Shown piece after piece: positions 8,904 to 19,434 of a stretch of DNA of 64,000 nucleotides. The translations under genes and the position numbers were made by a program. The stretch spans positions 320,001-384,000 of the forward strand of contig CBDEUM010000014.1 of NCBI GenBank assembly GCA_965242925.1, read 5' to 3'. The notes under the pieces were generated by a model. The model saw only the letters and a program-made list of their open reading frames with translations. It was not told where the DNA came from and did no database searches. Positions within the stretch are counted from its first letter, which is position 1, and every line of letters begins with the position of its first letter. This DNA is from Roseibacillus sp. Its GTDB lineage: Bacteria; Verrucomicrobiota; Verrucomicrobiia; Verrucomicrobiales; Akkermansiaceae.

Positions 8904-10298
8904 ATGCAGCTTCCCTCCCCCCGGCATCTTCCTCCCCTCGATGAGCGCTTCCTGCCCGCTGCACTCTGGAACAGAGCATACCGGAAACTGGTGGACGCCG
9001 AGCCGGAGAGCCGCAACCTGCATCTCGCCCTTGCCCGCAAGGACGGCACAACCTTTCACCACCGCCTGCAAATCCTGCCCCATGAGGGCGGGAACGTGGA
9101 GCTCAACCGAAAATATGTTGAACGCACGGTCAAATTCCTCTTCTGGATGAAAGGTGGAAGCCGCCTCTACGTGGCGGGCAACGACGCAGTGGCGACCTTT
9201 CTGTCCGGAATCTACTCGCCGGATGGCGCCCGCTCCTTCGACCGGGATATCGTGGGACATGGGATCTTCGGCGAACCCATTTCCGTTACCCCCTGCCAGC
9301 GGGAGGAATTGCCCCCCGCCTCGGAGGAAAACATGGAGCTCGGCCGCAATCTTGACGGCTGCCGAATCGGATTTGATCTCGGTGGATCCGACCGCAAGGC
9401 CGCCGCCCTCATCGACGGGGAGGTTGTTTTTTCCGAAGAAATCCCATGGGACCCCTACTTCCAGTCCGATCCACACTACCATCTCGAAGGAATCCGCGAC
9501 AGCCTGCAACGCGCCGCGGCCCACCTGCCACGGGTCGATGCCATCGGCGGATCGGCAGCAGGAGATTACATCAACAACGAAGTCCGGGTGGCTTCTCTCT
9601 TTCGGGGGATCAAGAATCCTGCTGTTTTTGAGACGGAAGTGCGTCCGATCTTCCTCAAGCTGCAGGAGGAGTGGGAGGGAATCCCCTTCGTGGTCATCAA
9701 CGACGGAGAGGTGACCGCCCTCGCCGGCTCCTTGAGCATGAATGCCAACGCCGTGCTCGGCATCTCGATGGGCACCTCCCTGGCGTCCGGCTACTGCACT
9801 CCCGGAGGCCGTATCACACCTTGGATCAACGAGCTGGCCTTTGCACCCATCGACTATCGCGACGACGCCCCCGAGGATGAATGGTCGGGCGACATCGGAT
9901 GCGGAGTGCAGTACTTCTCCCAGCAGGGAGTTGCGCGGTTGGCTCCCGCCGCAGGTTTCGCGTTCGGGAAAATGGCCTTCCCCGAGCAACTGGCGGAGAT
10001 CCAGAAGGCGATGACCCGGGGCCATGAGGGCGCCCGCCGGATCTACGAAACGATCGGGGTGTGCTTCGGTTACACCATCGCGCACTACGCCGAGTTCTAC
10101 GAGATCCAGAACCTTCTCATCCTGGGCCGGGTGACCTCCGGAGAGGGTGGCGAACTCATCCTCGAAAAAGCTGCGGAAGTGCTGCAGGATGAGTTTCCGC
10201 AACTGAGCGAACAGATCACCATGACCACTCCGGACGAACAGATGAAACGGCACGGACAGGCGGTGGCCGCTGCCAGCCTGCCGACCCTTGCTCCCTAG
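8904..10298 (+). CDS. ROK-family sugar kinase-like protein with extra N-terminal domain
   Basis: IGFDLGGSD, INDGEVTALAG, MGTSLASG, ELAFAP. ATG 8904 preferred over the ORF-track start at 8763. Confidence 0.82.
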   Translation: MQLPSPRHLPPLDERFLPAALWNRAYRKLVDAEPESRNLHLALARKDGTTFHHRLQILPHEGGNVELNRKYVERTVKFLFWMKGGSRLYVAGNDAVATFLSGIYSPDGARSFDRDIVGHGIFGEPISVTPCQREELPPASEENMELGRNLDGCRIGFDLGGSDRKAAALIDGEVVFSEEIPWDPYFQSDPHYHLEGIRDSLQRAAAHLPRVDAIGGSAAGDYINNEVRVASLFRGIKNPAVFETEVRPIFLKLQEEWEGIPFVVINDGEVTALAGSLSMNANAVLGISMGTSLASGYCTPGGRITPWINELAFAPIDYRDDAPEDEWSGDIGCGVQYFSQQGVARLAPAAGFAFGKMAFPEQLAEIQKAMTRGHEGARRIYETIGVCFGYTIAHYAEFYEIQNLLILGRVTSGEGGELILEKAAEVLQDEFPQLSEQITMTTPDEQMKRHGQAVAAASLPTLAP

Positions 10299-10314
10299 CC
10301 TCCTTCCGTCTCCC

Positions 10315-11163
10315 ATGCATTTCTCCAGTCCCAGCGCCTCTATTTACGTCCCGCCCGGTCAAACCATCGAGGTCGCGGTTCCCCGGATCACCCACCTGGG
10401 GATCGGGGCCCACCAGGATGATCTTGAGTTCATGGCCTTTCACGGAATCGAGGCCTGTTATCGGCAGAACGACAAGTGGTTCGGGGGGGTCACCTGCACC
10501 AACGGGGCGGGGAGTTCCCGCACGGGCCTCTACAAGGACTACTCCGACGATGAGATGTGCGCCGTGCGCCGCCGCGAACAGGAGCAGGCCGCGGTGGTCG
10601 GGGAGTATGCCGCCATGGTTCAACTCGATTACCCGAGCAGCTCCATGAAGGATCCCTCCAACCCTTCACCGGTAGAGGACCTCCTCTCCATCCTGGAAGC
10701 AACCCGCCCAGAGGTGGTCTACACCCACAATCCGGCGGACAAGCACGCCACTCATGTAGCGGTCACCGCGGCCGTGCTGAAAGCGCTTCGAGCCCTCCCG
10801 CCCGAGGCACAGCCCAGACAGGTCCTCGGTTGCGAAGTCTGGCGCGATCTTGACTGGATGCTCGATGCCGACAAGACCGTGCTCGACGTAAGCGGTCGCC
10901 CCAACCTGGCCGCCGCGATCGGTGGAATTTTCGATTCCCAGATTGCCGGCGGCAAACGTTACGATCTCGCCGTGCAGGGGCGACGTCTGGCCAATGCCAC
11001 CTTCTTCGATTCACACTCGGTCGACGATGCGGAGCAACTCTGGTTCGCCATGGACCTCACCCCGCTGGTCGACGATCCCGCCCTTGACCCTGTCGAGTTC
11101 ACCGCTGCCTTCATCCGGCGTTTCGAGGAGGATGTCCGCGGCTCCCTTGGAAACTATTTCTGA
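10315..11163 (+). CDS. PIG-L/LmbE family N-acetyl-sugar deacetylase
   Basis: GAHQDDLE metal motif, RRREQ, VYTHNPADKHATH, FDSQ. Confidence 0.88.
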   Translation: MHFSSPSASIYVPPGQTIEVAVPRITHLGIGAHQDDLEFMAFHGIEACYRQNDKWFGGVTCTNGAGSSRTGLYKDYSDDEMCAVRRREQEQAAVVGEYAAMVQLDYPSSSMKDPSNPSPVEDLLSILEATRPEVVYTHNPADKHATHVAVTAAVLKALRALPPEAQPRQVLGCEVWRDLDWMLDADKTVLDVSGRPNLAAAIGGIFDSQIAGGKRYDLAVQGRRLANATFFDSHSVDDAEQLWFAMDLTPLVDDPALDPVEFTAAFIRRFEEDVRGSLGNYF

Positions 11164-11284
11164 CCCCTGGACCGACGCGACGGACACCGCCCACAGCAAC
11201 AAATCGTCGACTCGTCAGCAGCCTGCCCCGTTTGGGTCCCTCTCTCTGCCCCTGACCCTGACCCCCCGAGAAGGCAAAGGCTCT

Positions 11285-11317
11285 TTGACACTTGCCCAAA
11301 ATCCGCCATTTTAACTT
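11285..11317 (+). promoter_or_regulatory. Possible sigma70 promoter
   Basis: Perfect TTGACA at 11285-11290 followed by an AT-rich patch (CATTTTAACTT) ahead of the 11347 gene; the -10 match is weak. Confidence 0.35.
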
Positions 11318-11346
11318 CTCGCTTCTCCCTCAACTCCCTGCGGTCA

Positions 11347-12651
11347 ATGCGATCACCCGCTGCTCCTCATCCTTCCTCTGTCCTGGCGATCACATGTGCC
11401 CTTGCACTGCCTGCGGGGACCCTGCTGGCAACCGGTCTTGAAAATGGCGAGATCCAGGCCAACGCACAGTTTCTCTCGGGCGGGCTGGCGATCGGAGCCG
11501 AACAGGAACTCACCATGGAGGTGCGCTCGCCCGACCCCGGCCAGTTTCCACCGCTTCCCAATGCGGCGCCAGCCCTCGCCCGGATTGATGCCGCCATGGC
11601 GGCTGTCACGCACCTGACCACCGCAGGATCTTCCAGTGTGCTCAACCAGTTCAACTCCGCGGCCCAGTCCCTGGTCGAATACGTCGACAACCTTGTTGTC
11701 AGCGCGGAAGGGATCGCAGTGGGAACGGATTTGATTGTGACCGTGGCCTGGGAGGTCTCCGGGCGGACCGAGTTCAGTGCGCCTGATCGCATCCGCACGC
11801 GGAGCAGAGCCCTCCTCGAGGCGACCGGGATTGACCTCGATCCGGACCCCAATGCCCCTGATCCCCCCCGCCAGCAGTGGGCCCGCGACTTTTCGAACTA
11901 TAACAAGAACATCTCCGGTGAATTCGGACGGGTGAGCTTCGATTTTCTCGTCCAGGCTGGAACTCCCAATCCCGGAAACATCCGCCTCCGCACCGCCACC
12001 GGGGTGCTGGTCGGTGGGGCCGGATCGAATTTCACCGGGAATTACAACTGCCAGGCCAGAAGCGAACTGACCGTCACCCTGGTGGGCGCCATCGATGTCA
12101 GGACGAAGGCGGGCCAGACTCTCTTTCGCTGGAACACCACCGCGCACTCCGGACTTGATTACGGATTCCGCGACGATGATCCGCCGGTGACCCCTCCACT
12201 CACGGTGGGAAATTCCCCAGCTGGTGACGACTTCACCGCTCTGTCCTGGCAGTCCAACGAGAACCGCCACTATTTCGTGGAAATGACCACCGACGACACA
12301 AACTGGACCTTCCTCACCGAGGCAGGCGGCAGCGGGGATCTCATCGAAATCGACGTGATCGGGGATCCGCGGGTCACCGGATACCGCCTCCGGGAATTTT
12401 TCGGAAGTGAATCACCGGATCACAATGTGCGCTCGCCCCACTTGCACGTCTTCCGGAAGGAGGGCAACGGATTGAAGGTCCGCCTGGCCTGGAACACTCA
12501 TGCGCAGGAAATCTACCAGCTCAATGAAGTGCTGCCTGACGGTATTCTCTCCCCGGTCTTCGCCGCTATCGGGGATGGCGGCGCGGTCTGGTTCGACTTC
12601 GAGCCCACCGGCTCCGGACGCGTGTTCCAGGTCACTGCCATTCAAAACTGA
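11347..12651 (+). CDS. Secreted hypothetical protein with two tandem C-terminal beta modules
   Basis: Hydrophobic N-terminus, beta-rich body, two similar modules (LSWQS...YFVEMTTDDTNW...GYRLR and LAWNT...YQLNE...VFQV). Confidence 0.72.
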   Translation: MRSPAAPHPSSVLAITCALALPAGTLLATGLENGEIQANAQFLSGGLAIGAEQELTMEVRSPDPGQFPPLPNAAPALARIDAAMAAVTHLTTAGSSSVLNQFNSAAQSLVEYVDNLVVSAEGIAVGTDLIVTVAWEVSGRTEFSAPDRIRTRSRALLEATGIDLDPDPNAPDPPRQQWARDFSNYNKNISGEFGRVSFDFLVQAGTPNPGNIRLRTATGVLVGGAGSNFTGNYNCQARSELTVTLVGAIDVRTKAGQTLFRWNTTAHSGLDYGFRDDDPPVTPPLTVGNSPAGDDFTALSWQSNENRHYFVEMTTDDTNWTFLTEAGGSGDLIEIDVIGDPRVTGYRLREFFGSESPDHNVRSPHLHVFRKEGNGLKVRLAWNTHAQEIYQLNEVLPDGILSPVFAAIGDGGAVWFDFEPTGSGRVFQVTAIQN

Positions 12652-12759
12652 ATAACTCTCCGGGGAACCGCAGGCCCCTTGCCATCCTTCACCATCGTGG
12701 AGCCTGACGGATCCCGCAATCCTCCGTCCCGGCTGGATCCTGGTTCATCGTGTGGATCC

Positions 12760-13746
12760 TCAACCCAGGCGCCGGGCTGCCTCTTTTGCGAAGTAACTCA
12801 GGATCACATCCGCACCGGCACGCTTGATGCCGGTGAGACTCTCCATGACCACTGCCTGTTCTTCCAGCCAGCCCGCGGCACAGGCGGACTTGATCATGAG
12901 GTATTCACCGCTCACCTGGTAGGCTGCCACCGGAAGGGTGGTCTCATCCCGCAGGGCTGCAATCACATCGAGATAGGGCCCGGCCGGCTTGACCATTACC
13001 ATGTCAACCCCTTCCTCCTCATCCAGGAGGAGTTCACGGACAGCTTCCCGCACGTTGGCGGGATCCATTTGGTAGGTTTTCTTGTCACCGTCCCTGGGAG
13101 CGGAATCAAGTGCTCCACGAAAAGGTCCGTAGTAGGCCGAGGCATACTTGGCAGTATAGCCCAGGATGGAGACCCCCTCGAAGGACGCACCATCCAGGGC
13201 AGTGCGAATGGCGGCGACCCTCCCATCCATCATATCGCTGGGTCCCACCATGTCGGCACCCGCTTGGGCATGGCAGAGAGCCTGCCGACAGAGCACTTCC
13301 ACCGTCTGGTCATTGAGGATCTCGAGGGATCCATCCTCCCCTCGCCTCACAAGACCGTCCTGACCGTCTGAATTGTAGGGATCAAGGGCCACGTCGGTAA
13401 TAACCACCAGGGAGGGATGAGCAGCCTTGAGGGCCTGGACCGCGCGCGGCACCAAACCTTCCGGATTGGCACACTCCTCCGCTTCCGGGGTCTTCAGCCC
13501 TTCGGCCATAACAGGAAATAGTATCACTGCCGGGATTCCCAATGCGTGAGCCTTCCCCGCCTCCTGCACGAGGCCATCCAGGGACCAGCGTCGGCAGCCC
13601 GGCATGGACGCAATCTCTGCATCCCCCTTGTCTTCATGCAGGAAGAGCGGATAAATGAAGTCGCTGGGGGTAAGCACGGTCTCTCTCACCATGGCTCGGA
13701 TAGCGGAGGACTTGCGATTGCGCCGGGGGCGATGGAACAGGTTCAT
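12760..13746 (-). CDS. hemB: Porphobilinogen synthase (ALA dehydratase)
   Basis: RPRRNR, DVALDPYNSDGQDG (Asp-rich, non-Zn type), PSDMMDGR, KYASAYYGPFR, MVKPA, AYQVSGEY. Confidence 0.97.
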   Translation of the reverse strand: MNLFHRPRRNRKSSAIRAMVRETVLTPSDFIYPLFLHEDKGDAEIASMPGCRRWSLDGLVQEAGKAHALGIPAVILFPVMAEGLKTPEAEECANPEGLVPRAVQALKAAHPSLVVITDVALDPYNSDGQDGLVRRGEDGSLEILNDQTVEVLCRQALCHAQAGADMVGPSDMMDGRVAAIRTALDGASFEGVSILGYTAKYASAYYGPFRGALDSAPRDGDKKTYQMDPANVREAVRELLLDEEEGVDMVMVKPAGPYLDVIAALRDETTLPVAAYQVSGEYLMIKSACAAGWLEEQAVVMESLTGIKRAGADVILSYFAKEAARRLG

Positions 13747-13755
13747 GGGAATCTC

Positions 13756-15162
13756 CTAGAGTGGTTTCAGTTCGTATCCATTCTGGCCGTCTTTCACGGT
13801 CCAGCCTAGTGTCTTAAGCTCGTCGCGGACCGCATCGGCCCCGGCCCAGTCCCTGGCGACCCGGGCTTCCTGCCGCTTCTCGGCCAGGGCGACCACCTCG
13901 GGGGGCGCCTCCGGATCCTCCAGATCCGGCAGCAGCAACCCCAAGGCCGCCAGAATAGCATGAAACCCCAGCCAATTCACCCTCGGATCACCTTCGGTGT
14001 CGGCCGTCCGCAACCCCGTGAAGAGCTGGCCCAGTCCTTCCGGAGTATTCAGGTCGTCATTGAGGGCCGCCAGGGCAGGGGTAAAGACCCCGTGATCCTC
14101 CAGCTTGCAGAGCTCCTTGTAGGAAGGAGCCGCTTGACCGTCCCGACCGGCTGCTTTTGCAAGGCGGGCCTCGGCCCGCACGAGCTTGCTCAGGGCTTCC
14201 CGCGCCGCATGCAACCCATCGAAGGTAAAATTGAGCTGCTTCCGATGGTGCGCACTGATGAGCACGTAACGCACCTCCATCGCGGTTGCCCCCGGGTCAC
14301 TCCCCAGATCCTCCAGGGTGTAGAGGTTGTTGAGCGACTTGGACATCTTCTCCCCATCAACCATCAGGAAACGCGGGTGGAACCAGATGCGGGCGAAGTC
14401 CCCTCCACAGGCACACCGCGACTGGGCGATCTCGTTTTCGTGGTGGGGAAACTTGAGATCTTCGCCCCCACTATGAAGATCAAAACTCTCTCCGAGGTAC
14501 TTGAAGCTCATCGCGGAGCACTCCAGATGCCAGCCAGGCCGCCCTTCGCCCCAGGGACTCTCCCAGTAATTATCCCCGTCATCCGGACGCCGTCCCTTCC
14601 AAAGGACGAAATCGGATACGCTGTCCTTCTCGTACTCGTCGGCGTTAGCCCTTCGATCCTGCGTCTTCCCCAGTTCGAGTTCCTGCTGGTCAAGTCGAGC
14701 CAGCTTTCCGTAGTCCCCGAAGGAAGCGATCCGGAAGTAGACTGAGCCATCCCCGGAAGGATAGGCGTGTCCCTTCTTGATCAGGGTCTCAATCATGGCG
14801 ATCTGCTCCGGTATGTGCTTCACCGCTCTGGGTTCCACATGGGGCTCCAGGCAGTGAAGAGCCTCACAGTCCCCGTGAAACCGGGCCGTCCATTTTTCGG
14901 TGAATTCAGTCAGCGCCATCCCGGCAGCCTGCGAATCACGGATGGTCTTATCGTCCACGTCCGTAATATTACGCACGTGCTTGGTCCGCATCCCGCTCAC
15001 CTCCATTACCCTCCGGAGAACGTCATTCAGAACAAATGTCCGGAAATTGCCGATATGCGCCGGCCCGTAGACGGTGGGTCCACAGCAATAAAACCTGAAG
15101 GCCTTGCCGTCGGCTGGCTCTATTTCACGCATCTCACGCGTCATGGTGTCGAACAAGCGCAC
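13756..15162 (-). CDS. cysS: Cysteine--tRNA ligase
   Basis: [37 protein letters not shown] start at 15162 ([10 protein letters not shown]). Confidence 0.97.
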   Translation of the reverse strand: MRLFDTMTREMREIEPADGKAFRFYCCGPTVYGPAHIGNFRTFVLNDVLRRVMEVSGMRTKHVRNITDVDDKTIRDSQAAGMALTEFTEKWTARFHGDCEALHCLEPHVEPRAVKHIPEQIAMIETLIKKGHAYPSGDGSVYFRIASFGDYGKLARLDQQELELGKTQDRRANADEYEKDSVSDFVLWKGRRPDDGDNYWESPWGEGRPGWHLECSAMSFKYLGESFDLHSGGEDLKFPHHENEIAQSRCACGGDFARIWFHPRFLMVDGEKMSKSLNNLYTLEDLGSDPGATAMEVRYVLISAHHRKQLNFTFDGLHAAREALSKLVRAEARLAKAAGRDGQAAPSYKELCKLEDHGVFTPALAALNDDLNTPEGLGQLFTGLRTADTEGDPRVNWLGFHAILAALGLLLPDLEDPEAPPEVVALAEKRQEARVARDWAGADAVRDELKTLGWTVKDGQNGYELKPL

Positions 15163-15369
15163 GCCGTGCTCTAACGGCGGGACACGCCCTTCGCAAGCCT
15201 CCGCTTGCCTGCCTTCGGCAGGCCCCGGCTGCGCGGGGGATTGTCCTCCTCTCCTTGATCCGGTAACACAAAGAGATTCGTAACAGGTCAGGAACAAGCA
15301 GGACCCCTCAAAGACAAGAATTCGCCACCTTGCGGTGGTATCCTGCCCCATCCTGGTCCACATTCAGGA

Positions 15370-15969
15370 GTGGCCACGCAAAAGAAAGCGATGTTCACTC
15401 CCGAGCAGAAGCGGGCCCTCCTCATCGGCTTCGGGCTCATTCTGGCGGTCGCGACCATCCTTGTCCTCATCTGGTTGGGCATGTTCCTGCCTGGTTTCGC
15501 CGGGGAAGTGTTCCGGAAACTGGCGGGGATGATGTGGACGCCCCTCGTCCTCGACTTTTCCCTCTTCCTCCTTGGAATCATCCTGATCCTCTCGCTCAAC
15601 ATGTTCATCCGGGCCCGAAAGGGCGATGAGTATGTCTATCTGGAGCAGGTGGAGGATCCCCCGACAGATCTCCCCGTAGAGGCCCGCTCCGCCATCTTCC
15701 ACGAAGCCCCCGACCCGGAGAGCCTCGGCCCCAGCCTCGCCGCCATTGAAGGGGCCCTCGAACTCAGTGACCTCTCAGAGGCCACCAGCCTTCTCTTCGA
15801 GTTGCCCTCGGACCAACTTGAGGAGCCGGACGTGCTTGCGCTCAGGATCGCGCTTGCGCACCACAAGGGGCACCATCGGAAAGCCGGCGATCTGCTGGAA
15901 CAGCTCCGGGTCAAGTCGCCTCAGCATCCCCTGTGCGAGAACTCGCGTGGGACGTCTCCCGCTGATTGA
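15370..15969 (+). CDS. Hypothetical membrane protein (2 TM, helical TPR-like C-terminus)
   Basis: Two hydrophobic segments then an acidic helical domain; GGA before the GTG start. Confidence 0.7.
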   Translation: MATQKKAMFTPEQKRALLIGFGLILAVATILVLIWLGMFLPGFAGEVFRKLAGMMWTPLVLDFSLFLLGIILILSLNMFIRARKGDEYVYLEQVEDPPTDLPVEARSAIFHEAPDPESLGPSLAAIEGALELSDLSEATSLLFELPSDQLEEPDVLALRIALAHHKGHHRKAGDLLEQLRVKSPQHPLCENSRGTSPAD

Positions 15970-16804
15970 GCTTTTCTCCACATCGCCGACAGAACTTCGC
16001 ATCGAGGAGATGGCCATGCACCCCACAGGAGGGACATGCGTCGGTGGTCTCGTCCTGACGGTTCATGGCGGCATTGAAAGTTTCGCCAATGACGATCCCG
16101 GTCGGCACCGCAATGATACAATATCCGAGCAGCACACAGAAGGCCGCCAGCGCCTTGCCCGCTACCGTGAGCAGGGGCATATCCCCATATCCCAGGGTGG
16201 TCACCGTCACAATGGCCCAGTAGACGCTGACAGGAATGTTCTCAAACTTGCTCCCTGGTTGTCCTGATTCAAGGAGATAGGCCACCGTCCCCATGATCGT
16301 AGCGAGGAGCAGCATGGCAAAGAAGAAGACCGTGATCTTCGTCCGACTTGCCAGCAATCCACGCATGATGACGCTCCCTCCCCGCACATGGCCAACCATC
16401 TTGAGCACCCGGAACATGCGCAGGAGCCGCAGAATCCGGATGACCAGCAGTGATTGGCTCCCTGCCACGAAAATGGCGAGGAAGGTCGGGATCCAGGAGA
16501 GAAAGTCGATAATCCCGAAAAAGCTGAAAATGTAGCGGGCAGGGCGCCGTACAATCCAGATACGCAGGAAGTACTCACTCATGAAAAGAGCGGTAAAGAA
16601 CCACTCTGCCCCCTTGAGCACGGTCCCCCAGCGGTCCGACACCGAACCGATGCTCTCCAGCATGACGGCCACCACGCTGAGGCCAATGGCCCACAACAGC
16701 ACCACATCAAAGGCCTTGCCCGCCCTGGTTTCCGCCTCAAAGACAATTTTCCAGAGGCGCTCGCGGGTTTCGCTGCGCGTGGGTGGAGTCGGCTCCTCGG
16801 CCAT
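15911..16804 (-). CDS. Voltage-gated potassium channel-like ion transporter with C-terminal zinc ribbon
   Basis: S4 repeat RILRLLRMFRVLK, selectivity filter TVTTLGYGD, C-terminal CPSC...CRRC. Confidence 0.92.
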   Translation of the reverse strand: MAEEPTPPTRSETRERLWKIVFEAETRAGKAFDVVLLWAIGLSVVAVMLESIGSVSDRWGTVLKGAEWFFTALFMSEYFLRIWIVRRPARYIFSFFGIIDFLSWIPTFLAIFVAGSQSLLVIRILRLLRMFRVLKMVGHVRGGSVIMRGLLASRTKITVFFFAMLLLATIMGTVAYLLESGQPGSKFENIPVSVYWAIVTVTTLGYGDMPLLTVAGKALAAFCVLLGYCIIAVPTGIVIGETFNAAMNRQDETTDACPSCGVHGHLLDAKFCRRCGEKLNQRETSHASSRTGDAEAT

Positions 16805-16921
16805 CTGGCCGATTCTAGCAGGTTCCCCCTAACCTTGGAACCCACATTCCGGGGAGATCCCTATCCCGCGAAAATCGGATCCTGCCAGTTGAAAAAAGGG
16901 CGAATTGACCACTCGCAGCCC

Positions 16922-17581
16922 TCAATCGTCACGGCCCAGCACATTGCGCATCTGCTCTACCGAGCGGCGATTATACTCGTCGTCACTGATGATGAGAGGT
17001 TCGGGAAAGACCCGGCGGCGAAAGTCTGTGTAGCCGTCACTCGGCTTGTCAACCGGCCCGGCATTACTCTCGCGGGCCCCGCCTGCCTTGTAGACGCCCG
17101 TCCCCGCCCTGCGACCATGAAAGCGTGACTTGCGGGCGGCAAGATGGGAGGGGCTCGTTACCTGAACACGCGATGGGGTCTGGAAGCGGGAGCCATCCGT
17201 CTTTCCCGGGTAGCTCCCGGTCCGAACCTGCCCAGGCCCCTTCCACTCAGGCGATTGGTAGTTTCCGGCCCGGTAGACGGCCTTTCCCACCCCGCCCCCG
17301 AAGGAAATGTCCTGCTTGCCTTCATACTGGCTGCGAACAGGTCCGGTGAAGTTGCCCTTCTTGTCCTTCTTCAACGCGCGGGAATCAAAGGCGAAGCGTT
17401 CTTCGAGAGCGTTGAGGCCTTCCGTTTCTCCAAGAGCAATAACCTGCTTGTCACGATTGCGGGTCTTCACCGTACTGGTTGTACTGGCAGCATTGACCCC
17501 ACCCGTGCCCGAACACGAACTGCACACCACCGCGGTGGCGGCAAATGCTCCAAGCAAGAGAACATGGAAGATATAACGCAA
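16922..17581 (-). CDS. Hypothetical lipoprotein
   Basis: Hydrophobic stretch ending AVVCSSC followed by a basic, low-complexity body; start uncertain (TTG 17581 or 17677). Confidence 0.6.
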   Translation of the reverse strand: MRYIFHVLLLGAFAATAVVCSSCSGTGGVNAASTTSTVKTRNRDKQVIALGETEGLNALEERFAFDSRALKKDKKGNFTGPVRSQYEGKQDISFGGGVGKAVYRAGNYQSPEWKGPGQVRTGSYPGKTDGSRFQTPSRVQVTSPSHLAARKSRFHGRRAGTGVYKAGGARESNAGPVDKPSDGYTDFRRRVFPEPLIISDDEYNRRSVEQMRNVLGRDD

Positions 17582-17692
17582 GGGACAGGCAACGTGGGGG
17601 CAACGACATTTCTTGTCAATGACGCAGGCGGGTGACGATCCCTTCTCGAATCCGACATTTGATCTCTGGTCCTTCAATCCCTATAAAGGGGC

Positions 17693-18763
17693 ATGCACCC
17701 CTCCCTTTTCAACCAGACCCCCGTGGAGCTGGCGGCCATGCTGGAAGGTTTGGGTGAACCCTCCTACCGGGGAACGCAGATCCTGGAGTGGCTCTGGCAG
17801 AAACGCAGCACTTCGATCGACGAGATGAGTAATCTGCCCGTCGGGTTGCGTGATCACCTGAAGGAGAGCTTCTCTCTGCGTTCGCTTACCCACGTCCGGA
17901 CACAGGGATCGCACGACAGCACGCGCAAGTTCCTCTTCCGCCTGCAGGACGGGTGCCATGTGGAATGCGTCCTCATTCCTGCCTCACCGGCACTCTATGG
18001 TGAACGCGCCGACCGCCGTACATTGTGCGTCTCATCCCAGGTCGGTTGCGCCTATGGCTGCAAGTTCTGCGCCTCGGGTCTGGATGGCTTCTCCCGCAAT
18101 CTCACGGCAGACGAAATCGCAGGGCAGGTTCTTCTCGCTGAGGAGTTGAGCGGCGAGAAGGTCAACAACATCGTCTTCATGGGCATGGGGGAACCCCTTG
18201 CCAATCTGTCCCAGCTGCTCAAGGCCCTGGAATTGATCACCGCCCCGTGGGGGCTTGGAATCGGCGCGCGTCGTCTCACCGTTTCAACCGCCGGGCTGGT
18301 CCCGCAGATCCGCAAGCTGGCAGATCACCCCCAACAGATCCGCCTGGCCATCTCCCTCCATGGTGCCAGCGACGAAGTACGCGACCGGATCATGCCGATC
18401 AATCGCAAGTGGCCCCTGTCAGAGCTGTTCAAGGCCCTGCGCTACTGGACAAAGCGCAAAAAACAGACAATCACCCTCGAATATATCCTGATCGACGACG
18501 TCAACGCCGACCTTGCCCAGGCGACTTTGCTCGCACAGCGCGCAAAGTCGCTTCAGGCCAAGGTGAATCTGATCCCCTACAACACGGTGGAAGGCCTGCC
18601 GTGGAAACGCCCGGACGATCCACAATGCCGTGCCTTCCGGGATGCCCTGGTGAAAAGCGGAGTCCCCGCCACCCTTCGCCTCGAAAAGGGGCACGACATC
18701 GATGCCGCCTGCGGACAGCTCCGACTCAAGGAGGAGAAAAAAATCAGGACGGACGTGGACTAG
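17693..18763 (+). CDS. rlmN: 23S rRNA m2A2503 / tRNA radical SAM methyltransferase
   Basis: CVSSQVGCAYGCKFC, FMGMGEP, VNLIPYN, DIDAACGQL. Confidence 0.96.
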   Translation: MHPSLFNQTPVELAAMLEGLGEPSYRGTQILEWLWQKRSTSIDEMSNLPVGLRDHLKESFSLRSLTHVRTQGSHDSTRKFLFRLQDGCHVECVLIPASPALYGERADRRTLCVSSQVGCAYGCKFCASGLDGFSRNLTADEIAGQVLLAEELSGEKVNNIVFMGMGEPLANLSQLLKALELITAPWGLGIGARRLTVSTAGLVPQIRKLADHPQQIRLAISLHGASDEVRDRIMPINRKWPLSELFKALRYWTKRKKQTITLEYILIDDVNADLAQATLLAQRAKSLQAKVNLIPYNTVEGLPWKRPDDPQCRAFRDALVKSGVPATLRLEKGHDIDAACGQLRLKEEKKIRTDVD

Positions 18764-19221
18764 AACGGGATATCTCCCTCGTCGTCGTCGAGGTCATCGG
18801 CCGCAGGGGACGCTCCCTGCGACTGAGCGGACGGTTCCGACTGTTGTTGCGGCGAGGCGGCGCTCTGGGCCTGGCCTCCGCCTCCACGGCCATCCGAAAG
18901 AAACTGCATGTTTTCACCGACTACCTTGAGTTTACTGCGTTTCTGCCCGGTATTCTTGTCTTCCCAGGTGTCCATCTGGAGACGCCCCTCGATATAAACC
19001 GGGCGCCCTTTTCCTAGATACTGCTGGGCCAGTTCCGCCTGTCGTGCCCAAAGGGTCACATCAATGAAGGTTGTTTCCTCCTGCCGCTCTCCCTGGTCGT
19101 TGGTCCGGACCCGGTTGACCGCCATCCCCAGTTCGGCAACCGCGGTTCCCTTCGGCGTGTAGCGCAGCTCAGGATCCCGGGTCAGGTTTCCAATGAGCAT
19201 CACCTTGTTCAAATTTGCCAT
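18760..19221 (-). CDS. ssb: Single-stranded DNA-binding protein
   Basis: MANLNKVMLIGNLTRDPELRYTPKG; acidic tail ending DIPF. Confidence 0.97.
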   Translation of the reverse strand: MANLNKVMLIGNLTRDPELRYTPKGTAVAELGMAVNRVRTNDQGERQEETTFIDVTLWARQAELAQQYLGKGRPVYIEGRLQMDTWEDKNTGQKRSKLKVVGENMQFLSDGRGGGGQAQSAASPQQQSEPSAQSQGASPAADDLDDDEGDIPF

Positions 19222-19434
19222 GTCCCGTACCGTAGCGCGGGACAGGCACCCACCAAGGAAAATAATAAGTGGGGAGAGCCCTTGGAAAGGCCCCCCGTCT
19301 GGCGAGCGGCAGGCCAGCAAGCCGTTCAACCGGCTCACAACAGGAGCAACGGTGACACAAAAACGGCACGCCGGGGCGTGCCGTCACTCAATCGCAGGGT
19401 TCTTTCCGAAGCGCAGATTCCGGGCCAGGTCAGC

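Noticed and set aside
8715..10316. 533-aa minus-strand ORF, and similar long shadow ORFs (34604-35887, 47004-48218, 39544-40644, 52114-53232, 40043-41299)
   Set aside because: They overlap well-supported genes in antisense or alternate frames and carry no recognisable motifs; this is expected in high-GC DNA.
12649..13371. Read-through of the TGA ending the 11347 gene into the in-frame ORF 12679-13371
   Set aside because: The downstream frame is antisense to hemB, there is no SECIS-like hairpin or nearby Cys, and the protein already ends in its terminal module.
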